Part shown: one piece after another, positions 10,501 through 18,753 of the stretch
How the letters are laid out: every line of letters begins with the position of its first letter
How positions within the stretch are numbered: position 1 is the stretch's first letter
Virus record (IMG/VR): IMGVR_UViG_3300021957_000032
Coordinates: 1 to 61,826 of that record
From: a virus
Taxonomy: Duplodnaviria > Caudoviricetes
DNA: 61,826 bases
Strand: one strand, 5' to 3'
Notes under the pieces: model-generated
Seen by the model: the letters and a program-made list of their open reading frames with translations, nothing else
Databases searched by the model: none
What the model was told of the DNA's origin: nothing
Position numbers and translations under genes: made by a program

Positions 10501-11213
10501 GAGAAGATGAAGACGATCCTAACTTAAGTAGGGCTAAAAACGTTAAGAAAAAAAGAGAAGCTGAAGAAAAACAAATGATGAGCAGAATAACAGGAAGAAT
10601 TGGAAACATGATTGCAGATGTAGCAGTTCCTGTTCCTATTTTAAATGACGAAACTTTAAATCAGATAAATGGTCTTATGAGTCTTTTTCAAGAAGGCGAT
10701 GATAATCCATTTCAGTTTTTTGCTAAAACAGAGAAAAAAATACTTGACCAGGCAGGTACTTTAGGAATTGGGCCAAAGAAAGCTATGATTCTTAAAGATA
10801 TGATAATGACAATTCAATCAGGTGAATATACTGGGTCATACGCAGGAAAGTCTTATAGTAAAAAATTAACTCCTGAAGCTATTGACAAGTTAACAACTAT
10901 AGCTGTTACTTATGCTATGCATTCAGTAGGTGTGCCTTTTATGAATATGAGTGAGGTAGGTTATGTTTCCGAAAGAGCTTTCAAGAATATAACTAAAATG
11001 ACCGAAAAGAAGAAGAGGTATGACATTGAAGCTGATGCGATTGAAAGACTTAATGATAGGCAAATAAAAAACCCTAGCAGTATTTTGATAGAACAAGAAA
11101 TGAAGAAAATTAGAAAAGAAAACAGAGGAGATAACTCACCTACAAAACGTGATGATAAAACTTTTAATCCTAGTGGTAAAGGAAGTGGTTCATTTACTCC
11201 GAAATCTTTTTAG
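4584..11213 (+). CDS. Giant putative internal virion (ejection) protein
   Basis: 2209 aa, last late gene; N-terminal YTKSF(D/E)EF repeats; C-terminal AQQQVDRQQ...LFPFANF region typical of large core proteins. Confidence 0.6.
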   Translation: MEELYNKLFEAGEYTKSFDEFVQQYGDAEKSEKLFKGLSQTGDYTKSFEEFKSQYGFAEKKNSNSTSEEVVTESTTNVETNPSSLDSSSTTTSVDIPLVEEPLVDFPNAPERKGVLENEDGSVSTHKMRTETDGKGNWFSFPTIFQNEDGSFVDMSEQAESDWESVYAEAKNRGEVIDFSKDKESAIKYGKGAWKQKYNANKKNNLLEESGYLAYVNDPERKKFMSILDTSSEPNPNVSDYLKKKYEKQYGFVNPETGKTEFKKESEVNPSLLEAIKEYDSMVGDIKAPNYVDVEIDDDDYSKLGNNVKNILRKQEIDVEDYLKWQKKNTRNETSVYKWMKKLLPNEEGDQYYEEKNAYEKVQSYKAAQLNQIAKRLGKIQSTMNLTSDRNELRKLEKEADEVRKEFYSKVQSVTETINDFPKFKEYTEDADLRRRKAMYLAAQEGGLSEGGQGMVELLSVTGNGLSGFATDILAGVPAFFDQRIATMGGDNKFDGKGVLKGLEEMLTNSAESLEASTGAVQRQAFIEGKPVFQGGKRYIVDGNGTVYDQNTNIRMDGIIPNDTIKKIVSLSKDVKETEVNWTGGSVLQGGVSTLVNLFALIRAGGKVKGTLGLKGPKAGALGMGIASFTSSVAGNVEDVRSQLVASGMTEKEALDIAVNAGQAIATLDGIFSGLAGGNEKLLIGFQGIKDQIKNLAVKKGKDFTVKQLVDKGKGLVKENAKELFIEELPVYFSEKGINHLVNRHIGNDVLNDKITKAGITETVVMTVGATSTLGAKKLLSGNKRANLVRLAAANVQDLQATLDVLVKEGSLTEIEASNAYTEIYNAQSAELKTQGTVKMTENIEPAADLLTERQNLINKKQGLEGPGKLDIDKQIAAVDQQLDALYEKDKIEVQEQLKKENDAIQEPSTEKQVLQDDAGSETVGKETEVGLPEVGKGDIESETTQQTETESETKTDQNVDTTTKTDSEQLTNTTSETEVMSVNKERVDSIVDGIVKKTKSRNVGESTNPQKVADNAIEYIKGSKLFEQSNDIERENIIRDVSKQLGVEIKPPTAKKLLGIKRIGKPKTIKVKSDYAAMKKDLQKEAKIARDAKNDVNSRRKGLQNAIDLVVKAGNITTKKANTLLKKVSNVNLYNAKKVQDVVDFTTRAMNDAEYSKKLDKAKSIQKAIKKKLKGKEAGLSDSAKKFSEVNPSNVADIDVYLEKANEVSKGLQPTRKPSKGELKVSKPFDIKKMDEYSKKEKELEAKRNYELAKESFQELTGLEPGDLTLDEMKKMMYEVDGNVKTDEAKEKFEKEKAATIDKAVKNAFKNTKINIKGAIESGDIKVTKEQKTLIDKFLNMNLDLMTTKQKMEALDSIVNFELNQSTGGMQAALSQQVGNLNMQKLKNKGIKSSEKSTSLGRLWNKYISTLPNAFELVFASQQKARAVMDAMGLDGIINGSAKAQTEGVNVENEYANSFGKKKMKSGIYFDLQNDTERGILAEVRRVTPGTETEQQAEFEKSKKLVKDSYEALLNSSDKIKIKKGEAIKEQYEKLLKDSKNIAEVESKADPVNLQGVEYVTDLWAKKYPELADVSLNVYNRNLGSDLNYTPRNFQKLKDAEDTRDITEPVFNPSGNKENAYDKETGVLKPTTKPNKLPKNKVLNLSFDSQNMNNYKAALTDIYTASSIQQVKGARQSKAFNEVFTNEGSKEILKDRVNNYVDSKRGKNYLDKSQKRFLRRLNKVATLGVSRVLGGPTQMLKQVIPIFNTGVNAGLVNTLEGTRLMFNPDVRKAINNSGLPIANRGIQSQADIENVDSRIGKKANTNTGKAIDVADKINKKTLEYFLVAPDVATAKASFIAYYLNAMNKKGVKTSEIDFTKPLDKEAAQFAQQQVDRQQNTSDQDLQGELFTDQNAGKQILRKTLFPFANFLLNQKTRMYSDVNTLSSKTTLPGDKTRAIKSLGGLAAETVTFNAVGLGITQMLSALAREVSGEDEDDPNLSRAKNVKKKREAEEKQMMSRITGRIGNMIADVAVPVPILNDETLNQINGLMSLFQEGDDNPFQFFAKTEKKILDQAGTLGIGPKKAMILKDMIMTIQSGEYTGSYAGKSYSKKLTPEAIDKLTTIAVTYAMHSVGVPFMNMSEVGYVSERAFKNITKMTEKKKRYDIEADAIERLNDRQIKNPSSILIEQEMKKIRKENRGDNSPTKRDDKTFNPSGKGSGSFTPKSF
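7291..7497 (+). CDS. Small basic protein (MPFKSQAQR-type) nested in the +1 frame of the giant gene
   Basis: 68-aa ORF MPFKSQAQRSKCY...KWEKET...KLPNRLK; A-rich upstream sequence; locally raised GC. Confidence 0.65.
   Translation: MPFKSQAQRSKCYRMMQEAKLLGKKPKWDCLKWEKETLSQKLPNRLKPKVKRKQTKMSTRLRRQILNS
7523..7536 (+). repeat. 14-bp motif GATGAGTGTGAACA, copy 1 of 5
   Basis: Exact match to the copies at 15702 (inverted), 19235, 24262 and 27515. Confidence 0.9.
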
Positions 11214-11310
11214 GCTCATCTAACAATTGCTGAAGCTTTCTTATTAAATTATAATTAGGCTTTGGCTTGTATTTTTCTTTTAGTATTTGTTCTTTAATAT
11301 GATCTTTCAT
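11194..11310 (-). CDS. Small hypothetical protein (38 aa, below the ORF-track cutoff)
   Basis: MKDHIKEQILKEKYKPKPNYNLIRKLQQLLDEPKKISE; overlaps the upstream gene end and fills the gap between convergent genes. Confidence 0.4.
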   Translation of the reverse strand: MKDHIKEQILKEKYKPKPNYNLIRKLQQLLDEPKKISE

Positions 11311-11611
11311 TTTCTATTTCTTTTTGTAGGTTAGCTAAGGCTCTCCAAGCTACTTTAGCCGAGTGTCTTATTCCATCTGTATCTACAGTACCACATTCCA
11401 TTAAGTGCCTTGTAAGGGCATCTAATTCGTCTCCTGACTTATCTCTATCCCAATGTAATGGAAGGTCAGGGTTGTGTTGTTGTTGTCCTGCATAACTGCA
11501 TTGAGCTATTTCTCTTATAGCGTCAGGGAAGTACATTAAAACTCCTGTATAGATTGGAGTTTCTTTTCTTTCTTTTGCTTTATCCATAAAGCGCCATTCT
11601 GGTTTTATCAT
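11294..11611 (-). CDS. DUF5664 / dATP-dGTP diphosphohydrolase-like domain protein
   Basis: FPDAIREIAQCSYAG...HWDR..S.DELDALTRHL...H.AKVAWRALA; start at 11611 couples to the upstream stop (TAATG). Confidence 0.7.
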   Translation of the reverse strand: MIKPEWRFMDKAKERKETPIYTGVLMYFPDAIREIAQCSYAGQQQHNPDLPLHWDRDKSGDELDALTRHLMECGTVDTDGIRHSAKVAWRALANLQKEIENERSY

Positions 11612-12627
11612 TAAAATATATGTGTTAGTCTTGCAACTTGACCATGTTCTTTGGAGTGTATGAAACCTTCTACTGCTTTTACACCACCTATTCCATATCC
11701 GTTTCTGTGATGCCAAGAGTCTGTTCCACTTGGTGATCGTAAAGACTCTACAGTAATTCCATGATAGTCTTTACTAGACTTGTGGTGTATGTGATGAGTA
11801 TAAACATATCTATGTTTTGTTTCTGCCCATTCTTTAGAAAATTCATTTGCCATAATTAATGGTAGGTCAGCTAGCTTAGCTCCATCTCCATGGGTAGTTC
11901 CTATGAGGTTTTGTCCGTACATAAATCCTTTTCTGTGAGCAATGCTACAGTCAAATGTTATGTTCTTACATTTTCTAAACCAAGACTGTATTGAATCAGA
12001 TAACATAAATCCAGACATATAATCATGGTTGCTTGGATTGTATACAAAGTGTACATCTGCAACACTTATTAATGTTTCTAATATATCTACATAAAGTTTT
12101 TTAGCTGTAAGAAAATTATCATACCACATTCCATGCGTATCTTGAGGAGTTCCTGCTGTAGTAACTCGTTTAGGTGTATCTATATGAAGTATATCATTAC
12201 CTCCAACAAAAAGTATCTTATCTATTTTAAATCCGTTTGACTTTTGAAGTATACCTTGAACACCTTTCTTAACTCTTTTTACAGCTATCTGCGAATCATA
12301 ATCTTCACCTGTTTCAAAACTACTAGATAGTTTTCCAATATGAATATCTGCAGGATCAATAACTAGTAAGTGTCCGTTCTCGCTTTTAGTTCTTTGTATT
12401 TTCTTGTAAGAAGGCGAATGCTTATCCATCGCCTTGATAATATCATCTCTAAGTTCTTCAGGTGATACTCCTTTGTTTTTTACGTGAAGAGAAAAGTGTT
12501 TTCCTTTATGCCAGTAATGGTCTACATCTTTCATTGGGATACCCATTGCTTTACATTCTTTTTGTAAAGCTCTATCCTTTTGAATTATGTCATTCTCTCG
12601 CTCTGTTAATCTAGGTCTATATTTCAT
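11611..12627 (-). CDS. Calcineurin-like metallophosphoesterase
   Basis: Motifs DIHIG, GNDILH, SNHD, THGD, HHIHH. Confidence 0.8.
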   Translation of the reverse strand: MKYRPRLTERENDIIQKDRALQKECKAMGIPMKDVDHYWHKGKHFSLHVKNKGVSPEELRDDIIKAMDKHSPSYKKIQRTKSENGHLLVIDPADIHIGKLSSSFETGEDYDSQIAVKRVKKGVQGILQKSNGFKIDKILFVGGNDILHIDTPKRVTTAGTPQDTHGMWYDNFLTAKKLYVDILETLISVADVHFVYNPSNHDYMSGFMLSDSIQSWFRKCKNITFDCSIAHRKGFMYGQNLIGTTHGDGAKLADLPLIMANEFSKEWAETKHRYVYTHHIHHKSSKDYHGITVESLRSPSGTDSWHHRNGYGIGGVKAVEGFIHSKEHGQVARLTHIF

Positions 12628-12805
12628 CTTCTGTTAATTTTTGCGTTTCACGCAAAACAGATTGAAGCTCTTTGATGCTGGAGTTTAAAGAATTGTAATC
12701 CTCATCCATCAATGATTCGTAGATGTCATCGGTTAGATTGTTAATGTTTTTCATTAACAAGTTAATAAAGTTTATTGAGTTTCGACTGTTCTTGTGTATC
12801 GACAT
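12617..12805 (-). CDS. Hypothetical protein
   Basis: 62-aa ORF packed in the operon. Confidence 0.6.
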   Translation of the reverse strand: MSIHKNSRNSINFINLLMKNINNLTDDIYESLMDEDYNSLNSSIKELQSVLRETQKLTEDEI

Positions 12806-12873
12806 TTGTGATTGTGTTTCTTAAAACTACAAATATTTGTTTAAAAATATATTAAAAGTTATACACAAAAAAA

Positions 12874-13104
12874 TCAGTCCATACTAAATAATAAGTGTTT
12901 TCCTGTCTTTGCATCTATTTTTGCTACAGTCTTGTAAATAGCTTTAGATTTCGCTTTTACCTTTTCTCGCTCTGTTTTAGTGGAATCAGTACCTAGATTT
13001 GTATACATTTCGCAATCAATTCTAAACAATTCATCTATTTTTCTTTTGTTTGACCAAGTTTTAAATGATAAAACTTTTTCGATATCATTATATTTATATT
13101 CCAT
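12874..13104 (-). CDS. Hypothetical protein
   Basis: 76-aa ORF packed in the operon. Confidence 0.65.
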   Translation of the reverse strand: MEYKYNDIEKVLSFKTWSNKRKIDELFRIDCEMYTNLGTDSTKTEREKVKAKSKAIYKTVAKIDAKTGKHLLFSMD

Positions 13105-13110
13105 ATTGTC

Positions 13111-13467
13111 TTAATTTATTGTTAAAAACTCTTCTTGTAATTCTTTTATTTCTTTTAATATTTGTTCTTTTCTAAAATTCCCCCTAGATAATTGCTTTAT
13201 AGTTTTATCATATGTTTCTTTAAAATAAGGGTCTGTTTTAATTAAAAAATCTACATCTCTTAGTCCATTTATAACTGAAGCATGGTTCTTCTCAAACTCA
13301 TTAGCTATTGCCTGCAGCGGCAATCCATGTAGGGTTCTTAATATATGATAAGCAATTCGTCTTGCATCAACAAATTCTCTTTGCCTGGTTTTTTCTTTTA
13401 TGTTTCTAATGCCTGAAGAATATTCAACAGCATCTATAACGTAGTCAAACAGCTCTCCTCTTTTCAT
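13111..13467 (-). CDS. DnaA domain IV-like (C-terminal HTH) DNA-binding protein
   Basis: R.REFVDARRIAYHILR....LPLQAIANEFEKNHASVINGLR follows the DnaA-IV pattern. Confidence 0.7.
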   Translation of the reverse strand: MKRGELFDYVIDAVEYSSGIRNIKEKTRQREFVDARRIAYHILRTLHGLPLQAIANEFEKNHASVINGLRDVDFLIKTDPYFKETYDKTIKQLSRGNFRKEQILKEIKELQEEFLTIN

Positions 13468-13775
13468 TTTATATTTATATTAGCGTTAATTGAATCTAGA
13501 TATTGGTCTACTTCTATATTATATACGTCAATAAGAACAATAGGCCCTTCATCATCTCTATAATAATCTATGGCAAAAAATACAGGCTCATTATTATCCA
13601 TATGCACGTGACCTGTTTTGTTTCTAATCTGCCCATTAGTTGATTCAATACCATACATTTTGTCAACTAAACTTGCAATTCTTATTGATGCTGGGCTTTT
13701 AAATTGTTGCATTTGCTCAATAAAATATTCATCTATTTCAAATTCCTCCTCTGTATACTTCTGTTTTACACCCAT
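13464..13775 (-). CDS. Hypothetical protein
   Basis: 103-aa acidic ORF overlapping its neighbours. Confidence 0.6.
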   Translation of the reverse strand: MGVKQKYTEEEFEIDEYFIEQMQQFKSPASIRIASLVDKMYGIESTNGQIRNKTGHVHMDNNEPVFFAIDYYRDDEGPIVLIDVYNIEVDQYLDSINANINIK

Positions 13776-13983
13776 GTTTTTCTAATTCTTTTAGTCTATA
13801 TTCTTGTAGAGCAGACACCCTGCCCTTTGGCTTTTTTACTTCTGAAAATATCACACCACAATTAGGTGGTATAGCTATAAGATCAGGTATACCATTCTTA
13901 TTAGTTTTAACTAACTTGATTACATAGTAACCTTCAGCTTCTAACTCTTTAATTCTTTTAGCTTGTATTTGTTGTTCAGTCAT
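13738..13983 (-). CDS. VRR-NUC domain nuclease
   Basis: MTEQQIQ...GIPDL...FSEVKKPKGRVSALQ. Confidence 0.8.
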   Translation of the reverse strand: MTEQQIQAKRIKELEAEGYYVIKLVKTNKNGIPDLIAIPPNCGVIFSEVKKPKGRVSALQEYRLKELEKHGCKTEVYRGGI

Positions 13984-14161
13984 CTTGGCTTTCATAATCA
14001 TACATAAAACCTATAAAAACTATTAGATTCATGCTTACTGATGAACATATCTCAATTACATCATGAAAATCGTGTATTGATAAATGAATATGTCCGACTA
14101 CCCAAAAAGGTATTGCCAGGTTTTGGCTAATCCAAATTAATAAAAATTTTATAAACTTCAT
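13976..14161 (-). CDS. Small membrane protein
   Basis: 61 aa with two hydrophobic segments. Confidence 0.55.
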   Translation of the reverse strand: MKFIKFLLIWISQNLAIPFWVVGHIHLSIHDFHDVIEICSSVSMNLIVFIGFMYDYESQDD

Positions 14162-14610
14162 TGATTAAAAGTTCTAAAGTTACACAATTGCTTTGGTACT
14201 CTATAAAATACATCAGTTCCAAAACGGTGAACTGTGTTAACTTCTTTTATTTCTTTATACTTTTCTTGATAAATAATATCACTTGTACAATATAAAAATG
14301 AATTGTTTTTTTTACACAACAAAAAATAATAAAATAATCCTTCATTAGAATATTTTTTTTTCCTACCTAAAAAAGAAACTGTATCAAATGGATAACTACC
14401 TGAATCAGTAAAAAAAGTATTTTTAACTTCTGCTTCAATTCTATATTTTAATCCATCTTTATATGCAATTATATCTATATCAAAATCTTCTTGGTCTTTT
14501 TCTTCTATAATGAAATTCTTTTTTAATAAATATTTTTGTATTTTATTAATTGCAAACTTATCGTTTTCATCATAACTATCTTGTCTAAATTTACCAGCTT
14601 TAGTTCTCAT
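14158..14610 (-). CDS. PD-(D/E)XK-family nuclease-like protein
   Basis: DIDIIA...IEAEVK motif. Confidence 0.55.
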   Translation of the reverse strand: MRTKAGKFRQDSYDENDKFAINKIQKYLLKKNFIIEEKDQEDFDIDIIAYKDGLKYRIEAEVKNTFFTDSGSYPFDTVSFLGRKKKYSNEGLFYYFLLCKKNNSFLYCTSDIIYQEKYKEIKEVNTVHRFGTDVFYRVPKQLCNFRTFNQ

Positions 14611-14613
14611 AAT

Positions 14614-15852
14614 TTAATTTAAAGTTAGCAAATCTCGTTTGAAATGATTTAAAGTATAATCTTTTTTCTTACTTACTGACTTGTATATTTTACTTTCTAT
14701 ACCACCTTCCGTAAAAATCCAGAACACTTCATTCTCTAATCTTTCTTTAGTTGTCATTCTATCTCTAGACTGCCAATAACTTGTGGCACTAAAGTCTATG
14801 TTATAATATATTAAATACTTAGCTTTTCGTAAGGATATACCCTCACGACCTGACACAATTTGTAAGGCTATAGACTTACTTGTGGTATCAAACTCTTCAA
14901 GATCCGTACATACTTGGTCTCCATAAACTTCCTTAATAGCATTAAGTTCTTCTTTAAACTTATAGAATATTCCTATCTTATTACAACAAAAATTATCGTA
15001 TATGTATTGAGCTTTAAACAAGTCTAACACCATAGAATTACCACTCTCAAACTTAACCGTACCACTATACATTTGATGCAGCTTCTGCATAAGCTTTACA
15101 CTTGTGTCTGCAAGTATAACCTCCTCAGAACCTTCAACTACTAAATCTTTTTTTAATTTAGAACATAGTGAATGTATTTTGTCTGGAGCATCAACAAACA
15201 ATACTTTTTCTTTAATAGAAGATTCAAACCCTGCCTCCTTCTGTGTATATGAAATAGTGTAAGGATTCATTTTATCAATAATAGTATCCTTAGCATTTGA
15301 ATAGTCGTTTACCATAAATCCTCCTATTCTTTTGGTAGTAACTGTTACATAATCTTTAGCAAACTTATAAAAGTTAGAATACTTATTGAATGGATTATTT
15401 GGAATTGCATATACTTGGTGGTACATTTGACTATATGACTCAGGGGTTGGTGTGCCTGAAAGCAATATAACATATGGTTTGTTGCTTCTTATAAGTTGAG
15501 ATACAGTTTTAGCTCTCTTACTTGGTTTTGGAAAAGCTCCCATCCCATGGGCTTCATCACAAACAACGGCATCCCAACCTCCTTGGTCGACCTTGTGAAG
15601 TGATTCGTAGTTGATTACTTGTAGTTCATAGCCTGGCTTCAATAAATTGTAATCAGATTCTATTGAACTTATTGCTCGCTTTTTAGTGATGAACAATACT
15701 CTGTTCACACTCATCATTTTATCTAAAATTCCTAGAGAGGTAAGTGTCTTACCTGTTCTTACTTCCATAGATAGATACAGAAACTTCTTAGTTAATAAAA
15801 CTTCTGTGCCACTATCTATAATGTTTTGTTGGTAGTCTCTAAATTGTATCAT
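14614..15852 (-). CDS. SF2 (SNF2-like) helicase
   Basis: RDYQ, VRTGKT (Walker A), DEAH, SGTP, EGISL, QSRDR. Confidence 0.85.
   Translation of the reverse strand: MIQFRDYQQNIIDSGTEVLLTKKFLYLSMEVRTGKTLTSLGILDKMMSVNRVLFITKKRAISSIESDYNLLKPGYELQVINYESLHKVDQGGWDAVVCDEAHGMGAFPKPSKRAKTVSQLIRSNKPYVILLSGTPTPESYSQMYHQVYAIPNNPFNKYSNFYKFAKDYVTVTTKRIGGFMVNDYSNAKDTIIDKMNPYTISYTQKEAGFESSIKEKVLFVDAPDKIHSLCSKLKKDLVVEGSEEVILADTSVKLMQKLHQMYSGTVKFESGNSMVLDLFKAQYIYDNFCCNKIGIFYKFKEELNAIKEVYGDQVCTDLEEFDTTSKSIALQIVSGREGISLRKAKYLIYYNIDFSATSYWQSRDRMTTKERLENEVFWIFTEGGIESKIYKSVSKKKDYTLNHFKRDLLTLN
15702..15715 (-). repeat. 14-bp motif GATGAGTGTGAACA, copy 2 (inverted)
   Basis: Plus strand reads TGTTCACACTCATC. Confidence 0.9.
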
Positions 15853-16081
15853 ACTCGTGTCTTATTTCTGTTAGTACTTGACATTTTTCATACTCCTCTA
15901 ACTCTTCAAAATACATAATCAAATCATCAACAACTTTTGTTGTGATGGGCTTCGTTATGTCGTGAATGAAAAAGCTATAGTCTGAAAATGAAAGCTCAGA
16001 AAAAGGCACTTTATAAACAACTATGTCATAGGAATTAAGCATTCCGTAATGTATTTCATCAAAATGATCAAATTCCTCCAT
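15839..16081 (-). CDS. Hypothetical protein
   Basis: 80 aa ending in an EEYEKC coiled-coil-like motif. Confidence 0.6.
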   Translation of the reverse strand: MEEFDHFDEIHYGMLNSYDIVVYKVPFSELSFSDYSFFIHDITKPITTKVVDDLIMYFEELEEYEKCQVLTEIRHEYDTI

Positions 16082-16349
16082 ATGTTTGTCTTAAATAAAG
16101 ATATACTTTAGGTAGATTTTCTGCTGCTTTTTTTTGTGTTTTGTACTCAACAGAACCTAGTGTTTCTTTACTGTATAAAGTTAACCCTTTTTCTTTACAA
16201 TATTTGGAAGGCTTACCATCTGTAGATATGCCTCCCTTCCTAATTGCAATCTTACATCTACCACTATTATCTAGTGGTTGTATGTAAACTTGAAAGTCAT
16301 TATCTATGCACCACTTAAGGTTTTCGTTAAAATTCCAATTGTCCTGCAT
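16068..16349 (-). CDS. Hypothetical protein
   Basis: 93-aa ORF in the operon. Confidence 0.6.
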   Translation of the reverse strand: MQDNWNFNENLKWCIDNDFQVYIQPLDNSGRCKIAIRKGGISTDGKPSKYCKEKGLTLYSKETLGSVEYKTQKKAAENLPKVYLYLRQTYGGI

Positions 16350-18753
16350 CTTTCTTAGGCTTTGTTTTATTTGTTAAAAATATAATCCAACGCCCATTCA
16401 AATCTCTACCTTCATCAGGTATTATATCTGTCTTGAATACTGCAAATGATTTCAACCATCTATAAAACTCTGTTCTAGATATAGTTCGTTTGGCTTTAGG
16501 CGCAAAGTCTGGATTGTCTTGAATGAAATCCATATACAATTCATTCTTGTATATCTTTTCATCGAAACGAATCAACTCATTCTTATATTCATTATCAAAT
16601 AATCCACACCATTCAACAAACTCATGAGATGTATCTGCACCTAAGTTTCTTACTGTCTGATTTTTGAAGTTACCTTTAATCAATCCCTTAGTGAGATAGA
16701 ACATAACATTCTCAATCATATAGTTATCAAAAGCACACCACTCATCTTCATCCCACTCAGTAAATAGTAGCTTACCAAACTCAACCAATGGGGTAAAATC
16801 TTTGGTATAAAACTGAGAAAACTCAAGTTCCCACTTTCTCCTGGCGAATGAATTACCTCTACCTTTGATGGCATAGTTGGTTGTAATAGCAACTTTAGGT
16901 GACTTACTAAAAGGAATTTTTATAGCATCCTTGTTTTTCTTTTCCAAGGTAAGACCTTCGGTAACTACACTAAACAGTCTTTCAAAATCAAAATACTTTT
17001 TTACATCATCAAAGCATAGTATTTGAGTGTCAGCACTTACTAATTGATATGCAAAGCTTTTCTCAAAGTTGAAAGACTTACCATCAATAGTGACAAGCTT
17101 TTTCATTTGAGATAGTGCATTCATAAACAAACCCTTACCTGTACCTCCTTCAGGATTTTCAGATATTATTTCATCGTTCAGTATAATTGCAGGACAATAG
17201 GATAAGTTTTTATATGCGTGTAACATATAACCTATAGTACTTCTCATTGAAAGTATTGTCTGCTTGTCTCCACCAGATATGTTATTGATAAATGTTTTGT
17301 AATCACAATCAAAAGAATCACACATATCAAAGTCACGATCAATAACTTGGTCTTTCCAAACATAGCCACCAAGATCTAAATAATCTATTGTAGTTTTCTT
17401 AGTCTTAGTTACCTTGACTGCACAGTTTCTGTAATACAGATAAGCAGTATCTTTGTCATCTTCTATAAAGTATACATCAACTGTACCTAATAAGGATAAA
17501 AACTCTTCTCTGAAGAACCTAGTCTTGTCTGCAAAGTAATTGTATACAGACATATCATCAAGGTCTTCCAAATATCCTAGTACAAAATCTTTAATCTCTT
17601 CTTCAGTAGTATGGTCTATAAGATTATTAGTTACCCTAACAAAAATAAAATGCTTACTACCTTCTGGACTGTACTTATAAAAGCCATTATCTTCTAAGAA
17701 TTGCCTAAACAAATAATGTATAATTGTTATAACCCCTTTATCATTCTTGTTCCAAAAACGTTTTTCGCTTTCATCCTCTTCAATAGAGGTAATAACAGAA
17801 TCAATTACAGCGTCTTCAATTTGGGATTCAGCTAACTGAAGACGTATCTCCTTTTTTGACACTCCACGTTTGAGCTTCATCCGTACTTGATTAACCCTAT
17901 CTTCATCTTCGTAATACTTAGAGCCAAAGTTTTGAGTCTGAGCATAAGCTGAGTTAATAGTGGTTTTAATTTCATTCATTGTAAAATCAGAACTTTCAAA
18001 CTGACTCATAATGTATTCTGATAAAGACCTGCTTACTCCGTAGTCATTAAAAGCAGCTGCTAGTATGTAGATGTTATTGTTTCTTTCTCCATCTATCATA
18101 CCAAACTTCTTAGTCCACCACTTCATAAGAATGTCTACTATCTTATTCTCATCAGTCACAGGTATTGTAGGTCTAGATGAATACTTATCTACCACCTTGT
18201 ACTCTTGCTCTTCTATCTTATTCCACAAATTAGAATTAAGATTTATGTATATTAGTGGGTCATAAGATTCATAACATACTCTGGATACATTCTTACTTGT
18301 CTTATCAAAGTAATCTGAATTGTAATATCTCTCTAAAGATATAAAGTAGTTCTTGTGATTGTTTGGTTCTTTAGGTATCTTAACTAAAGCCTTTAATCCA
18401 TTACCACTTGGTGATATGAATACTGAATACACATACCGATCTTTTGATAGTCGTTCTTTCTCAGACATCATATCTTTCTTTGTCTTGTATCCATCAAAGT
18501 CAAGACATATAAATCCACTATGCTGAGTTATACTATCATCGTTTCTCTTGTTAAACATTCCTGAGAAACATATTGCAGGTAGATTTTTCTTAAGCTCTTG
18601 CCTCACTTCCTTGTTCTTCTCAGAACGTATTTGTTTTATTAAGTCTTTAGAAGTTCCCTCTTTTATCCTTATCAGTATAGATTCTATGTCCCTAAAGAAA
18701 GGAGTAGAGGTGTCTTTTATGTTTCTAAATATAGTAACTTGATTTTGTTCCAT
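16327..18753 (-). CDS. Primase-helicase (BT4734/VirE-N-like primase domain, PriCT, P-loop helicase)
   Basis: LPAICFSG, ICLDFD, FISPSGNGLK, SRVCYESYDP; GERNN; GGTGKG Walker A, FDD, ITTN. Confidence 0.8.
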   Translation of the reverse strand: MEQNQVTIFRNIKDTSTPFFRDIESILIRIKEGTSKDLIKQIRSEKNKEVRQELKKNLPAICFSGMFNKRNDDSITQHSGFICLDFDGYKTKKDMMSEKERLSKDRYVYSVFISPSGNGLKALVKIPKEPNNHKNYFISLERYYNSDYFDKTSKNVSRVCYESYDPLIYINLNSNLWNKIEEQEYKVVDKYSSRPTIPVTDENKIVDILMKWWTKKFGMIDGERNNNIYILAAAFNDYGVSRSLSEYIMSQFESSDFTMNEIKTTINSAYAQTQNFGSKYYEDEDRVNQVRMKLKRGVSKKEIRLQLAESQIEDAVIDSVITSIEEDESEKRFWNKNDKGVITIIHYLFRQFLEDNGFYKYSPEGSKHFIFVRVTNNLIDHTTEEEIKDFVLGYLEDLDDMSVYNYFADKTRFFREEFLSLLGTVDVYFIEDDKDTAYLYYRNCAVKVTKTKKTTIDYLDLGGYVWKDQVIDRDFDMCDSFDCDYKTFINNISGGDKQTILSMRSTIGYMLHAYKNLSYCPAIILNDEIISENPEGGTGKGLFMNALSQMKKLVTIDGKSFNFEKSFAYQLVSADTQILCFDDVKKYFDFERLFSVVTEGLTLEKKNKDAIKIPFSKSPKVAITTNYAIKGRGNSFARRKWELEFSQFYTKDFTPLVEFGKLLFTEWDEDEWCAFDNYMIENVMFYLTKGLIKGNFKNQTVRNLGADTSHEFVEWCGLFDNEYKNELIRFDEKIYKNELYMDFIQDNPDFAPKAKRTISRTEFYRWLKSFAVFKTDIIPDEGRDLNGRWIIFLTNKTKPKKDAGQLEF

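Noticed and set aside
2449-11213. crAss-type virion RNA polymerase
   Set aside because: No catalytic DxDxD motif in a polymerase-like context was seen, and host-type promoters are present throughout.
11294-12627. Modified-base (Z or 7-deazaguanine) pathway suggested by the DUF5664-like gene
   Set aside because: No purZ, dpdA, queC/D/E, folE or dedicated polymerase is recognisable in the genome.
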